DNA from: Octopus sinensis
Lineage: Eukaryota
DNA: 64,000 nucleotides
Direction of reading: 5' to 3'
Assembly: GCF_006345805.1 (NCBI RefSeq)
Contig: NC_043012.1
Coordinates: forward strand, 34,348,001 to 34,412,000
This document shows positions 1 to 13,250 of this stretch, piece by piece. The first letter of the stretch is position 1; the number at the start of each line of letters is the position of its first letter. A program made the translations under genes and the position numbers. The notes under the pieces were generated by a model that did not search any database, was not told where the DNA came from, and saw only the letters and a list, made by a program, of their open reading frames with translations.

Positions 1-5
1 AGTGC

Positions 6-77
<72 letters not shown>

Positions 78-175
78 ACACACACGCACACAAACGCAAA
101 TACATACGCATACACACACACAAACTCAAATACATACGCATACACACACATACACATAAAGATATACACACATGA
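1..175. repeat. (CA)n microsatellite
   Basis: Direct reading. Confidence 0.97.
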
Positions 176-367
176 AAAAGTTTACATGTGTCTGTATGTG
201 TCTATTTGTGCGTGTGTGTGTATGTGTGTGTAGGTGGGTGTATGGGTGTATGTGTATATATAGATTTGTGTTTGTCTGCGCGTGTATGTGTGTGTGCGTG
301 TGTGTAGATTGCTAGATGCGTCACGTGTAAAGTAAACAATGAAAAAAACAAAGTAAAGTAAATTCAA

Positions 368-795
368 TGAAAACCGACGGAAACTCTTGAGAAAATGTCG
401 AAGAGTGGATGTATTTTTGAAGACGGAATGAAGTCTGGAGCTGTTATTTCTTTACTAAAATACCGTAGCATTTCACTATAAACTTGGTTAATATGGAACC
501 AAAATGAAGGAACCAGCTGCTTTCTCTTTTACTGACAACATCGGAATAATATGGAGGAGTCTATTAAATTCCAATAAAGACCAACACCACAATGGTCAGA
601 TCTCAACAATTTCGTTTTGGTTTGTCAATAAAGTTTTGTCCCATCAAGTAAAATAGAAAATGCTTGATGGAGGGAAAATAGAAAATGAAAAATAAAAGAA
701 AATATAAACAAACAATGTCCACCATTTTGGGCAAAGTTTTATTGCAGAGAATCTAGTCGTAGAAGAAATTAATCCGAGAAATTACGATATTTTAC
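368..795 (+). repeat. Unclassified ~430-bp dispersed repeat, copy 1
   Basis: Close match to the reverse complement of 31986-32415; both copies abut CA/TG microsatellites. Confidence 0.8.
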
Positions 796-1732
796 ACAAA
801 CGCTCGCACGCACACACACACACATACATACACACACACACACACGCACACACATACACACACACACACACACAAAAACACACGCACCTATTCACACACA
901 CACACGCCCACTCACACTCGCACACACATTTTATGATGCGCTTCTAAATATTTTCTGTTGATCAGAATTTGACCAACGAGTTGATTGGTCAACCAAACGG
1001 TATGGTATCAGACACCCACCAAAGTTTGTGCGTAATGGGTTCGAACCAGAAGCCAGGTGCATATGACGAACTTGTTAACCCAGGGCCTTATTTGCACTCA
1101 TCTCAAATCCACTAAAGCATTTCTAGTGTTAAATTAAAAAAATGCACATTCAAATATCTTATAGAAAGGGCATAAAGTGGCGAGAGTTTGACTGAAAGAA
1201 CTTCATTTGAGCAATCGACTTCCAACATACGGGGGAATGAGTCTTACAATAAAAACAATCCAATAACCAATTCCGTTTCATTCACTGAAGAAATGAGATA
1301 AGTCTCCAGGCATCAAATATTTATATTATTTTGATTGACCATTATTGGTAAACAGCGATTGCACTGAGTGTGTGTGTGATTAAATCTGTGGAATTGAGAG
1401 AGAACGTTTATTGTGGTTCGGAGTATTTGTGTGACGAAAGCCAAACGGCTAAGACTACGAATCAAAACCTCCTTGCGCTCTCTACACCCCAGGCACACAC
1501 CAAAGCCTAGACTTAAGGTGTGTGTGCGTGTCTGTGCGTGTGCTTGTGTGTATGCATGTGTGTGCGTGCGCGTGCGTGCGTGTATGTGTTTGTTCGTAAG
1601 AGAAAGGTTTTTACGTAAAGAATAGTTTTCATTATTTCAATAAGAACAGTGGTGTGTTATCATGATCGCAAGGATAAAAAGTTCTATAAACTGGATGCAA
1701 AAATACAAAGACACACAGACACAGACACAACG

Positions 1733-1811
<79 letters not shown>

Positions 1812-1813
1812 AG

Positions 1814-2107
1814 CAACTTATAAACGAGGGCAAAAGAAAATTATTTCTATGCCAATATGCTGATAACAGACTTTTAAATCGCCAATTTCCACATATCATT
1901 ATATATCCACTACAGAAATATGATTGTGCTGAAATCGAGGAAAGCTAGCCAACAGAATTTAAAAAATTCTGTGGACTAGCTTCCCGATTTCAGCACATCG
2001 TATTTCTGTAGTGGATATATAATGATATGTGGAAATTGGCGATTTAAAAGTCTGTTATCAGCATATTGGCATAGAAATAATTTTCTTTTGCCCTCGTTTA
2101 TAAGTTG
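1814..2107. repeat. ~145-bp-arm palindrome (fold-back / MITE-like)
   Basis: caacttataaacgagggc... mirrored by ...gccctcgtttataagttg; centre cagaattt-aaa-aaattctg at 1953-1971. Confidence 0.9.
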
Positions 2108-2209
2108 TTCATAATTTTAACCTTTAAAGGTATTTTAATATGCTGCCACGTTTTCTTGATGAACTTTTTTCTGTAAAAAGCTTCATCCTATATTAGTATA
2201 TATATAGCA

Positions 2210-2280
<71 letters not shown>

Positions 2281-2290
2281 TATGTATGTA

Positions 2291-3190
2291 TGAGGACTGA
2301 TCAATAGGTATCAATAAGTATCCAGACTGTTACCATAGTAACGAACCTAAAGCACGCAGAGTAAAGCCGCTTCGCAAAGATAGACCTTGAACTCTGCTGT
2401 GCATGCGCACTAAGATTTAACTTCTAGCTCACTTCCGCTGTTTATAGCAGTGCTTGGAAGGAACGTGTGTAGCGTGTGATGTCGCATTGACAAAGAGAGA
2501 AAGTAGCCATGACAGTACCTGCTCAGAGGCTTACGCAAAGTTGCAGAAAGTGTATGGAGAGAAGTGTATGAGTCGCACACAAGTGTACAAGTGGTTCAGA
2601 CGTTTCCAAGATGGCCGAAAAATGTCGATATTGACGAACGTTCCGGGAGACCCGCAACCAGCAGAATTGAGAAAAATACATCGCAGATGCGCGTGCATCT
2701 GTGAGGGGAAATCGTCGAATCACTATCCGCGAGTTATCAGAGGATGTGCAGATTAGTTACGGTTCAGTTCAGTCCATTATCACTGAAGATTAGGGAATGA
2801 GATACGTGAATGCCAAGTTTGTGCCAAAACTGTTTTCAGCTGACCAAAAAGACACTTGGGTTTCAGTTGCACAAGATCTCCTTGATTCTGTCGAGAATGA
2901 TGAAAGCTTTGCGTAGGCCTCTGAGCAGGCATCACCAAGCTTTTGGCAAAATTTGATGCAGATTCTCTGTTTAACTTTCTCTGCCATGGTCAATGCGATG
3001 ATTACACGTTACACACCTTCCTTCCAAGCACTGCAGCAAACAGTGGAAGTGAGCTAGAACGTTAAGATTTAGTGTGGATGCACAGCAGGGTTCATGGTCA
3101 ATCCGTGTCAAATGGCTTTATTCTCCGTGCTTTAGCTTCGTTACTATGGCAACAGTCCGGATACTTTGCTCTCAGTATCCGGACTTCTCA
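2291..3190. mobile_element. Non-autonomous mariner derivative built from two inverted 5' ends
   Basis: ~200-bp inverted termini. Transposase N-terminus on both strands: SEAYAKLQKVYGEKCMSRTQVYKWFRRFQDGR (+) and MAEKVKQRICIKFCQKLG (-). Confidence 0.8.
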
Positions 3191-3545
3191 GAAGAAAAAG
3201 TAATCAATGCATGCTGCAATGTTTAGATTTATTAAGAAGCAGCTGATGACTTATCACGTGGTCGCTCAGAGAATCGTGTGACGTGTGATTTTCAGGCAGT
3301 TATGAATGAAGTAAATTGTGAGGAAGAGATATGTATTGTTTGACATTCGGTCAGTCGATTGTCATTCGTCTAAACTGGTTAGGTAGTTGTTTGTATTGTA
3401 AATTTGTACTGCAAGGTTTGGCAGTTTCGAAGTGGGAGAACCCTTTAGATCTGACTGCGACAGACGGAGGTTAGCTTGATTCTGCAACACTTATAGTGTA
3501 TGACCTCTGGTGATTATTGGGGTACCATGGGAACATTGTCTAGAA

Positions 3546-5400
3546 CAGCGGTTCTCAATCGCAGGTTCAAGGCCGTATGAGGCCCTCAAGCTTCCTTCTG
3601 GCAGACTTCGGCCATTTAAAAAAAATATAATAAAAAGTCCTAATTTAGAAAGTCCTCATGCATGTTTAGAAATACTGGTAACAAAATTAAAATTTGTCGA
3701 TAAATATCAAATATCCATCTTCAACTGAAATCGTACCATTATCGTTCATTCACTGACTCGAATTTGCGACTTTAGCATAGACATTAAGATACACACACGC
3801 ACACACACTGGTAAGAAACGGTTATTTAGGCGGCGAGCTGGCAGAAACGTTAGCACGCCGGGCGAAATTCTTAGCCGTATTTCGTCTACTGTTACGTTCT
3901 GAGTTCAAATTCCACCGAGGTCGACTTTGCCTTTCATCCTTTCGGGGTCGATAAATTAAGTACCAGTTACGCGCTGGGGTCGATGTAATCGACTTAACCC
4001 GTTTGTCTGTCCTTGTCCGTCCCCTCTGTGTTTAGCCCCTTGTGGGCAGTAAAGAAATAGGTTATTTAGGATTACCAATGGCAGAACTGTAAATGAAAAT
4101 CATTGATCTGCTTGTGCTATGACCTTCGATTACCGGCGTTGCTAAAGAAAGCCACTCAGTCAGATGTTATTCATTCTTTCATCGGCGCATTAATTATCAC
4201 CCACTGTCGTTCAATGTTGTGACACACTGCAAAATGCATTCTGCAGAATATGACTGGTACCGAGGGGAATCGAGAAAAAGGAAGTTGGAATTCTTAAAGT
4301 CAGGGAGTACAAAGCAAGCGAATTTCTGCAAACATGTGATTGTAAAGACGTAACAAAAGAATCAATCATAATTAGCAACCTTCTGGCTCGTCACGTGAAG
4401 CCGTATTCAGACGATGAAAGCATGAAACAAGCTATTGTGTGTTCACTGAAGAATATTCTAGCATTCAACAAAAAAACTAAGGAAATACAGCTCAGTAATG
4501 TCACAGTAACCCGACAAGTTAAATGAATGTCTAGTGACCTACATGACTAGCTTAGTAAGTTGAAGGATTTTGATTTCTGTTCTATCGCTCTTGACAATAG
4601 GTTCTATTGCTACTCTATCACTCTTGCCTCAGTAGATTCTACAAACTTCCACTAGAAGTCAAATCCTTTGCTGAAGGGAAGATTATCTTCCCGTTGCTTA
4701 GCAACAAAGAATGGGTTTTTGATTTAGTTTTCATAGTAGATATAATTACTCACCTTTCGACTTTAAACCCCAACCTACAAGGTAAGGACAGACTCTGCCA
4801 TGAATTGCGCTGCACAGTGTCTGCCTTCATTGCAAAGCTTCGCCTTTGGAAGACGCAAATTGCACGTGGATCTACGACACATTTTCCCTCAGTTTCTGAG
4901 CACAAGGACAACGGATCATAGAGTAAGTACAATAGGGTCGTTAGTGACTTGACTGACGAATTTGAACGCCGCTTTGATGACATTAAAGATACTTTGTTCT
5001 TGATGAAAATATTTTCAGCACCTATGGAGATAATTGCGGCTACGGCTCCGACGAATTTCAAATGGAACTCCTGGGCTTAGTGTTAGATGTGGATTTGACA
5101 TTCGCATTTAAGGTTAGTCTGCTACTTGACTTCTAGAGTCGAACCCAAGAGGGGAAATAACTTGAATTGATTGCGAATGCATCATAAAATACCTCTGGTG
5201 TGGTTCAACATTTGTATGTAAAGTAGTTTTGATCAAACTGATGGCTATCAAAACAAAATATCGAAACTGATTGACTGACCACCATGTTAACTAGTTTTGC
5301 GTACTGCATCTCCCACCATGAATCCACGTTGGAGAAACTAGTAGAAAGTCGAAAGCAAAATCAAGTTTCACTTTAAATTCCATTGCTCTACTATTTTTTT
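3546..5400 (+). mobile_element. Degraded hAT (Charlie/SPIN-like) transposon
   Basis: Left terminus CAGCGGTTCTCAA after the 8-mer gtctagaa (NTCTAGAN-type target). Fragment WVFDLVFIVDIITHLSTLNPNLQGK...LRLW; dimerisation-domain remnant near 5190-5290. Right end not found. Confidence 0.75.
3829..4060 (+). mobile_element. SINE family A (tRNA head + Nin/Deu core), monomer inserted in the hAT
   Basis: ggcggcgagctggcagaaacgttagc head; core ctttgcctttcatcctttcggggtcgataaattaagtaccag; flanking duplication ggttattta(gg). Confidence 0.88.
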
Positions 5401-5509
5401 CTTACGGTCTTCCCACGATAAATATAATCATTTTTTTCTTTAAGGTAAGGACATACACTGGATGACAGGCTGTGTAAACATCAAAGCAAATTGCAACACT
5501 GCTATTATT

Positions 5510-5912
5510 TATCTGTTTCTTTATTGCCACAGGGAGCTAAAGATAGAGGGGACAAACAAGGAGAGACAAACGAATTAAGACGATTACATCTACCTCAGTG
5601 CGTAACTGGTACTTAATCTATCGACCCCGAAAGGATGAAAGGCAGTCGACTTCGGCGGAATTTGAACTCAGAACGTGAAGACAGACGAAATACCAATTTC
5701 TTTACTACCCACAAGGGGCTAACACAGAGAGGACAAACGGATTAAGTCGATTACATCGACCCCAGTGCGTAACTGGCACTTATTTAATTGACCCCGGAAG
5801 GATGAAAAGCAAAGTCGACCTCGGCGGTATTTGAACTCAGAACGTAACGGCAGACGAAATACCGCTAGGCATTTCGCCCGGCGTGCTAACATTTCTGCCA
5901 GCTCACCGCCTT
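5510..5912 (-). mobile_element. SINE family A dimer
   Basis: Two tandem Nin-core units on the minus strand, with a head at 5870-5912. Confidence 0.85.
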
Positions 5913-6118
5913 ATTTATTGTTCACTATTTTTGTTGTTTAGTCCTACGTAAGTCCTGTTTCAGTAGGCCGTTCCAACGATGAACATCCCGGCAGCTATTC
6001 GGGTATTGTGTATATAAAGATCATATTCTTCATTGATTGCTTCCCTATTTAAAGAGTGTAGGTTATGATTTGAGGGAGATTTATCTGCTTTTTTAAACAG
6101 CTCGCACGACCACGTTAG

Positions 6119-6162
<44 letters not shown>

Positions 6163-6789
6163 TGTGTGTGTGCGCGTGTATGCGTGCGTGCGTGTGTGAC
6201 TAGAACAGTTATTTGATTTAGGATGTTGCCTTTACAAGGTGCTGATGAAGAAAATGTCATCTTCAAAAATAACGAAGCTGCTTCAAGTGTTGGCCATTTT
6301 GTTGCTGTCAGGATTTTGTACTTTAAAACAGCTTCGCCCTGACCTTTGACCTGCTTATGTGCTGAGTCATTGATTGCTTCTACTAAATACACACACACAC
6401 ACACACACACCACACACACACACACACACCACACACATAGAGTTATATATATATGTATATGTGTATATATACACAGATACACACTCACACATGTATGTAT
6501 GTATATATATATATATATATGTATATGTATATGTATATATTTACATACACACACACACATATAGGTATATATGTATATTTGTGTGCGTGCGTGCGCGTGT
6601 GTAAATGTGTATAAATGCACACGCGTGTTTCAGTGCCTGCGTACGCGAATTTATCGGTACGTTTGCGTATGAGAACACGTGCACTGATTCAGTACAAGTA
6701 TGTTTGTGTCGCTCGTGTTTTTAGCAGTTGGAGGAGGAGGAGGAGGAGGAGGCAGAGGAAGCGTATGTCCCCACCCCATCGTCCCACGG

Positions 6790-7322
6790 CCGCCGTCACT
6801 CTCGCCGCCCCCGCCGCAACCAGCAGAACTGAGAAAAACACATCGCAGCTGTGAGGGGAAATCGTCGAATCAGAGGATGTGCAGGCTAGTTTACGGTTCT
6901 GTTCAATCCATTATCACTGAAGATTTGGGTATGGGACGTGTGTCTGCCAAGTTTGTGCCAAAACTGCTTTCAGCTGACCAAAAAGGCGCACCGGTTTCAG
7001 TTGGACAAGTTCTCCTTGATTCTGCCGAGAAAATTTTTTGAAAACTTTGCGTAGGCCTTTGAGCAGGTATCGCCAAGCTTTTAGCAAAAATTGATGCAGA
7101 TTCTGTGCTCAACTTTCTCTGCCATGGTCAATGCGATGATCACATGCCACACACTTTCCTTCCAAGCACTGCTGTAAACAGCGGAAGTGAGCTAGAACGT
7201 TGATACTTACTGCGCATACACAGAAGAGTTCAAGGTCAATCAATCTGTGCCAAGCGGCTTCACTCTTTGTGCTCTAGCTTCGTTACTATGGCAACATTGC
7301 GGATAAATTGATTCTACCACGT
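6790..7322. mobile_element. Partial second copy of the same mariner derivative
   Basis: Matches 2640-3170 (ccgcaaccagcagaa..., ttcagctgaccaaaaag, cttcgttactatggcaaca). Confidence 0.8.
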
Positions 7323-7348
7323 ATACATGCTTATATGCTTATATGTAT

Positions 7349-7387
<39 letters not shown>

Positions 7388-7430
7388 CATGTACATACAT
7401 GCATGCATTTATACATATACATGCACATGC

Positions 7431-7466
<36 letters not shown>

Positions 7467-7659
7467 GGATTTTTTAAATATGCTAAGTCACTGGTTTTAA
7501 ATGATTAATATCAATTTCTACCCTTATTTAATTTTAAAATTTATATATATATATATATATTATATATATATATACATACACATGTACATATATATCCAGT
7601 TGTATATGTATGTACGTACGTATGTATCAATGCACGTATCTATATCCTTATGATTGCAG

Positions 7660-7712
7660 CTGAGTTGAACCAGTCGGGTGTTAAATTGTTAAAAAAGATG
7701 AAGAGTACTAAG
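7660..7712 (+). CDS. Candidate 53-nt coding exon
   Basis: tgattgcag| ... aag|gtatgt boundaries; open frame (x)ELNQSGVKLLKKMKSTK in a unique island. Confidence 0.28.
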
Positions 7713-8162
7713 GTATGTTATCTCTTACGATAGACATGCTTAAGAACAAGCCTTACCCCCGACCCCCCAGTAAACGAGCAACAGCTGCAGTGGGTGTGTG
7801 AGAGTGTGTGTGTGTGTGTGTGTCTGTATGTAGTAGTTTTATCTTCCTCCAAAACACTGCAAAAACGAGAGAAGCTCTGTTGTTTCCTTTGACTTACAAA
7901 ACGCAGATGTTATTAATGCTAGAATACTGCAGTTAGCCGGAGCTACTCAGACATTATTAACGGCGCTTGTTTGCGTGTTTCACAGCTGAGCACAAAGAGA
8001 CTTGGTGTTGAAAGAAAAACTGTATCAAGTTCTAATATCCTTTTCTCCTTGTCCAACAAGTAGAAAAGAAATACAAAAAAAAATCAGAACTCTTATTGTT
8101 TCTCATTATAAATGTATATTCGTTTATGTAAACATACACAACTATGCGTTTAGCCTGTTAAA

Positions 8163-8319
8163 ATGTATGTATGTATGTATGTATGTATGTATGTATGTAT
8201 GTATGTATGTATGTATGTATGTATGTATGTATGTGTATGTATGTGTATGTATGTGTGTGTATGTATGTATGTATGTATGTATGTATGTATGTATGTATGT
8301 ATGTATGTATGTGTATGTA

Positions 8320-8350
<31 letters not shown>

Positions 8351-8390
8351 ATGTGTGTATGTATGTATGTATGTATGTGTATGTATTTAT
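8163..8390. repeat. (TATG)n microsatellite; similar tracts at 10815-10875, 12590-12960 and 36105-36380
   Basis: Direct reading. Confidence 0.97.
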
Positions 8391-8519
8391 GTCTTTGCAC
8401 GTATGTGTACTGTAGTGTGTTTGCATGTACGTATGAATAAATGCATGTATCTAAGTTTATATGTAAATATGAATATGTGTGTGTGTATGTGAGTGAGTAT
8501 ATATATATATATATATACA

Positions 8520-8681
8520 GGCGCAGGAGTGGCTGTGTGGTAAGTGGCTTGCTTACCAGCCACTTGGTTTCGGGTTCAGTCCCACTGTGTGGCACCTTGG
8601 GCAAGCGTCTTCTACTATGGCTTCGGGCCGACCAAAGCCTTGTGACTGGATTTGGTAGACGGAAACTGAAAGAAGCCTGTC

Positions 8682-8741
<60 letters not shown>

Positions 8742-8882
8742 GTGTGTGTTACAACCCCGTAACATCAGCGGTTCGGCAAAAGAGACCGATAGAATAAGTA
8801 CTAGGTTTACAAAAATAAGTTCGACTAAAGGCAGTGCTCCAGCATGGCCGCAGCCAAATGACTGAAGCAAACAAAGAGTAAA
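8520..8882 (+). mobile_element. SINE family B (tRNA-like head, internal (TA)n/(TG)n tract, Nin-related 3' part)
   Basis: ggcgcaggagtggctgtgtggtaag...ggcaccttgggcaag...gaagcc[c/t]gtcg, then microsatellite, then ...gatagaataagtact...gactaaaggc; several copies in the window. Confidence 0.85.
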
Positions 8883-8921
8883 TATATAAACATATGCACA
8901 CACACACACACACACACCACA

Positions 8922-8959
<38 letters not shown>

Positions 8960-8976
8960 CTCCCCACACGTATATA

Positions 8977-10613
8977 CGAGGGGGTACCAAAAAGTAACCG
9001 GAAACGTTCTCTGTGGGACTAGCCCCTTGTAGTTCAGGCTTCTGCCGCTAGAAGCAACTTGATGTGATCTTCAGACATCACTGTACCTCCCGGCGGGATT
9101 TTTGTGATGGCTGAAACGAAGGGGAAACGGCGGCCGAAAACAGTTCTAGTGCTTAGAAAATGCTGCCATGAAGAAAAACACAGGTTAACAAATGATTTTT
9201 GCGCTTTAAGAATGGTCACCTGTCGCTTGTAGACCAACCTCGCTCAGGGCGACTGTCGACTTCCCGAACGAATGAGAACATCATGAAAATTCAGGAACAG
9301 CTCTTGGAGGACCGCCATTGAACAACTGACGAACTTGTTGATATGACTGGTGTTTCCTGGGGTTCTTCCCAACGAATTTTGAGGGAGGAATTGCGAATGA
9401 AAAAAGTTGCTGCAAAATATTGTGCCCCACTTCCTCACGGAGGATCAAAAGCAGTCACGACTGAATGCATGTCGTGAACTGAAAGCAAAGTTGAGAGTTG
9501 ATCCGAACCTTTTCCCGAAGGTCATCACTGGTAATGAAAGCTGATGCTACGGCTACGACCAGGAAACGAAGCAGCAATCAAGTCAATGGAAGCATTCAAT
9601 GTCACCACGCCCTCAAAAAGCGCGTCAAGTGAATTCCAATGTCAAGACGATGCTGATTTGTTTCATCGATGCGAAAGGAATTGTCCATACAGTATTTGTT
9701 CCTCCTGGTCAAACTGCTGACCAGGGATTTTATTTGGTAATTCTGAAGCGTTTGCGAAACACGACGGGACGAAATCACCCCGGTCAGTGGCAAAGCGAAG
9801 AGTGATGGTTTCATTACGACAATGCGCCTGCACACACCGCCTTGGAGTGTGAGACAGTTTTTGACCAAAAATGGTGTGACCCCATTTACTCACCCTCCCT
9901 ATACATCCCATCTTGCCCCCTGCAACTTCTTTTTGTTTCCTCGAATGAAAAAAAGTCCTTAAAGGAAAACGTTTTTCAGATGTTGAAGAGGTAAAGAAAA
10001 AAAATACGACGTAAGGTACCACTTCGCAAGGCGGCGAGCTCGCAGAATCGTTAGCACGCCGGGCGAAATGCGTAGCCGTATTTCGTCTGCCGTTACGATG
10101 TGAATTCAAATTCAACCGAGGTCGACTTTGCCTTTCATCCTTCCGGGGTCTATATATTAAGTACCAGTTACGCATTGGGGTCGATATAATCGACTTAATC
10201 CGTTTGTCTGTCCTTGTTTGTCCTCTCTGTGTTTAGCCCCTTGTGGGTAGTAAAGAAATAGGTATTTTGTCTGCCGTTACGTTCTGAGTTCAAGTTCCGC
10301 CGAGGTCGACTTTGCCTTTCATCCCCTCGGGGTCGATAAATTAAGTACCTGATACGCACAGGGGTCGATGTAATCGACTTAAGCCCTTTGTCTGTCCTTG
10401 TTTGTCCTCTCTGTGTTTAGCCCCTTGTGGGTAGTAAAGAAATAGGCATCACTTCGCAAGAGTTCCAGTACTGCTTCGAACAGTGGAAAACGCGTCTGGA
10501 CCGATGCATTGCTTCAGATGGAGAATATTTTGAAGGCAATAAAAGTGTAAACATGTAACACTAAGTGGAAAAAAATGATGTTGCAAAATATGTTTCTTTT
10601 GGGCACCCATTCG
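8977..10613 (+). mobile_element. Mariner transposon with decayed transposase, interrupted by a SINE A dimer
   Basis: TA-flanked TIRs (cgagggggtaccaaaaag / ctttttgggcacccattcg); motif remnants GNES*CYGYD, HYDNAPAHT, HLAPCNFFLFP. Confidence 0.88.
10030..10447 (+). mobile_element. SINE family A dimer with a single TSD pair
   Basis: TSD cacttcgcaag at 10020-10030 and 10450-10460; the second unit restarts at gtatt(t)tgtctgccg. Confidence 0.88.
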
Positions 10614-10843
10614 TATATATGTATGCTAACGATTCTGGCAGCTCGCCACCTTAACAACAGCAACAACAACAATTGTACTACCTAGATTGTATTGTACTAC
10701 ATCTAATATGTATATACATGCACAGATTTTTGCATATTCCTTTGCACACGTGGTTATATACATACACAAATTGATACGTTAGTCATACGTACATATATAT
10801 ATACATACATGAATACATGTATGTATGTATGTATGTATGTATG

Positions 10844-10874
<31 letters not shown>

Positions 10875-11269
10875 GTATGCATGTATATATACATATATGT
10901 ATGGGAGTGTGTATATATATATACATATATATACATGTATATTTATACACATACATACATACCTTCATACGTATACATATATATCATACTGTACAAACAT
11001 ACACGTACATACACACACATACACATATAGACACCCACCCACATACACACACGCACACACACACATATATATACATGCACATCTACATACACAAATACAC
11101 ATGTGGCCATCCATCTGTAGCTACGGAAAGCCAGCATGTAAAGCTAGAGCAGACTCCCTAAAGTTCAGTGCTTGACTTAAGTACCGCGCATTGTTTGTTG
11201 CAAAGCAAATAACTTTCTACGCCGAGAATACTTCAACATAAAGAAAAAAACAGTTAGCGAATGAGCATG

Positions 11270-11321
<52 letters not shown>

Positions 11322-11656
11322 TACGTACGTTCATGCATATATACATAGATACGTATATATATATATATATACATATAGACATGTGCACCCAGACACACAC
11401 ATCCACTTACATCCATCCATACATACACACATACACGCACATACAAGCATACACACATACATACATACGTACATACATGCATACATGCATACATGCATAC
11501 ACCCACGTATATGTATATACTCACATTTATGTGTGTGTATAAATTTATATATACGTATATAAATATGTACATTCACACACAAACGCATATATATATAGAG
11601 TTACACCAACACCTATGTATATATATTATATATATATATATATATATTATATATAT

Positions 11657-11720
<64 letters not shown>

Positions 11721-11947
11721 CATATATAGAGAGATACATCAACACATGTATATATATATATATATACATGTCGACTTTGCCTTTCATCCTTTCGGGGTCG
11801 ATTAAATAAGTACCAGTTACACACTGCGGTCGAATAATCGACTTAATCCGTTTGTCTTTGTTGTTTGTCTGTCCTTGTTGTCCCCTCTGTTTTTAGCCCC
11901 TTGTGGATAGTAAAGAAATACATATATATATATGTATATATATTATA

Positions 11948-11996
<49 letters not shown>

Positions 11997-12322
11997 GGTG
12001 TGTGTGTGTATATATATTATATATATATATATACTTACATATGTATGTTTATAAATACACACACACACGCACGTGCACACACACATATATATATGCCAAC
12101 GTATTTTGATGCAGGCGTACATAAATATATACATACCTACAAGTAAAAAATCTACTTGCGCATACATACAACTATAAGTACAGAGAACACGAATATGAAC
12201 TTTTATCCATCCGTAGCTACCACGCTCACAAACATAAACATACACACACAATCCCGTATAGTGGATAAGTTAGTGTTTTTATCTTTTTATATCTAAATGC
12301 ACTCACGTACTTCTTCACTCAC

Positions 12323-12513
12323 GTTCACTCAAAAATAAGGCGAATATTTGTCCAAAAGAGTGACGAAAGATCCGTGTATATAATCGCTTTGCATTCACAT
12401 GTGTGTTTAAGTGAGTTCCTAGTATGGAACGAAGATAATGTAGGATTAAAAAGTTGAAAGAAGATGAAGAAAGGAGGACTTACGCAATCGCTGAATGATG
12501 TCTGGCTGGAATG
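12323..12513 (-). CDS. Candidate exon pair 12513-12484 (30 nt) and 12418-12323 (96 nt)
   Basis: ACTGAC branch point, polypyrimidine tracts, gtaagt/gtgagt donors and a 65-nt intron. Phase 1-1 open frame FQPDIIQRL-R-THLNTHVNAKRLYTRIFRHSFGQIFALFLSE. Confidence 0.3.
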
Positions 12514-13172
12514 CTTAAAAATATACACAAAAAAACAGTCAGTTCTCACTTTTGGCGAACTTGTTTAAACTGACGTGTGAATGTTGTATGTATGTGTGTG
12601 CGTGCAATGTATGTATGTATGTATGTATGTATGTATGTATGTATGTATGTATGTATGTATGTATGTATGTATGTATGTATGTATGTTTGTATGTATGTAT
12701 GTATGCATGCATGTATGTATGTGTGTATATATATGTATGTGTGTGTGTGTGTGTAATTTATGTATGTATGTATGCATGTATGTATGTATGCATGTATGTA
12801 TGTATGTATGTATGTATGTATGTAGTATGTATGTATGCATGCATGTATGTATGTGTGTGTGTGTAATTTATGTATGTATGTATGTATGCATATACGTGTG
12901 TGTGTATGTATGTATGTATGTATGTATGTATGTATGCGTATATATGTATGTGGGTTTGTATGTACACAGAACCATACACTTACATGTACGTGTTTATACG
13001 CATGCATATTTATGTATGAGAAACTTATGTGTATAACTCATGCATGTGCACATACGCACGTGCGTGCACATACGCACGTGCGCGCACACACACACGCCCC
13101 TACACACAATATATCTCATATGCAGATATGTGCGCGCGTGCATGTGTGTATGTGTGTACGTGTTGTATACAT

Positions 13173-13250
<78 letters not shown>

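Noticed and set aside
520-575. ctgacaa...gagtc hammerhead-like trace in the 430-bp repeat
   Set aside because: Core GAAA is missing and stem I is unsupported.
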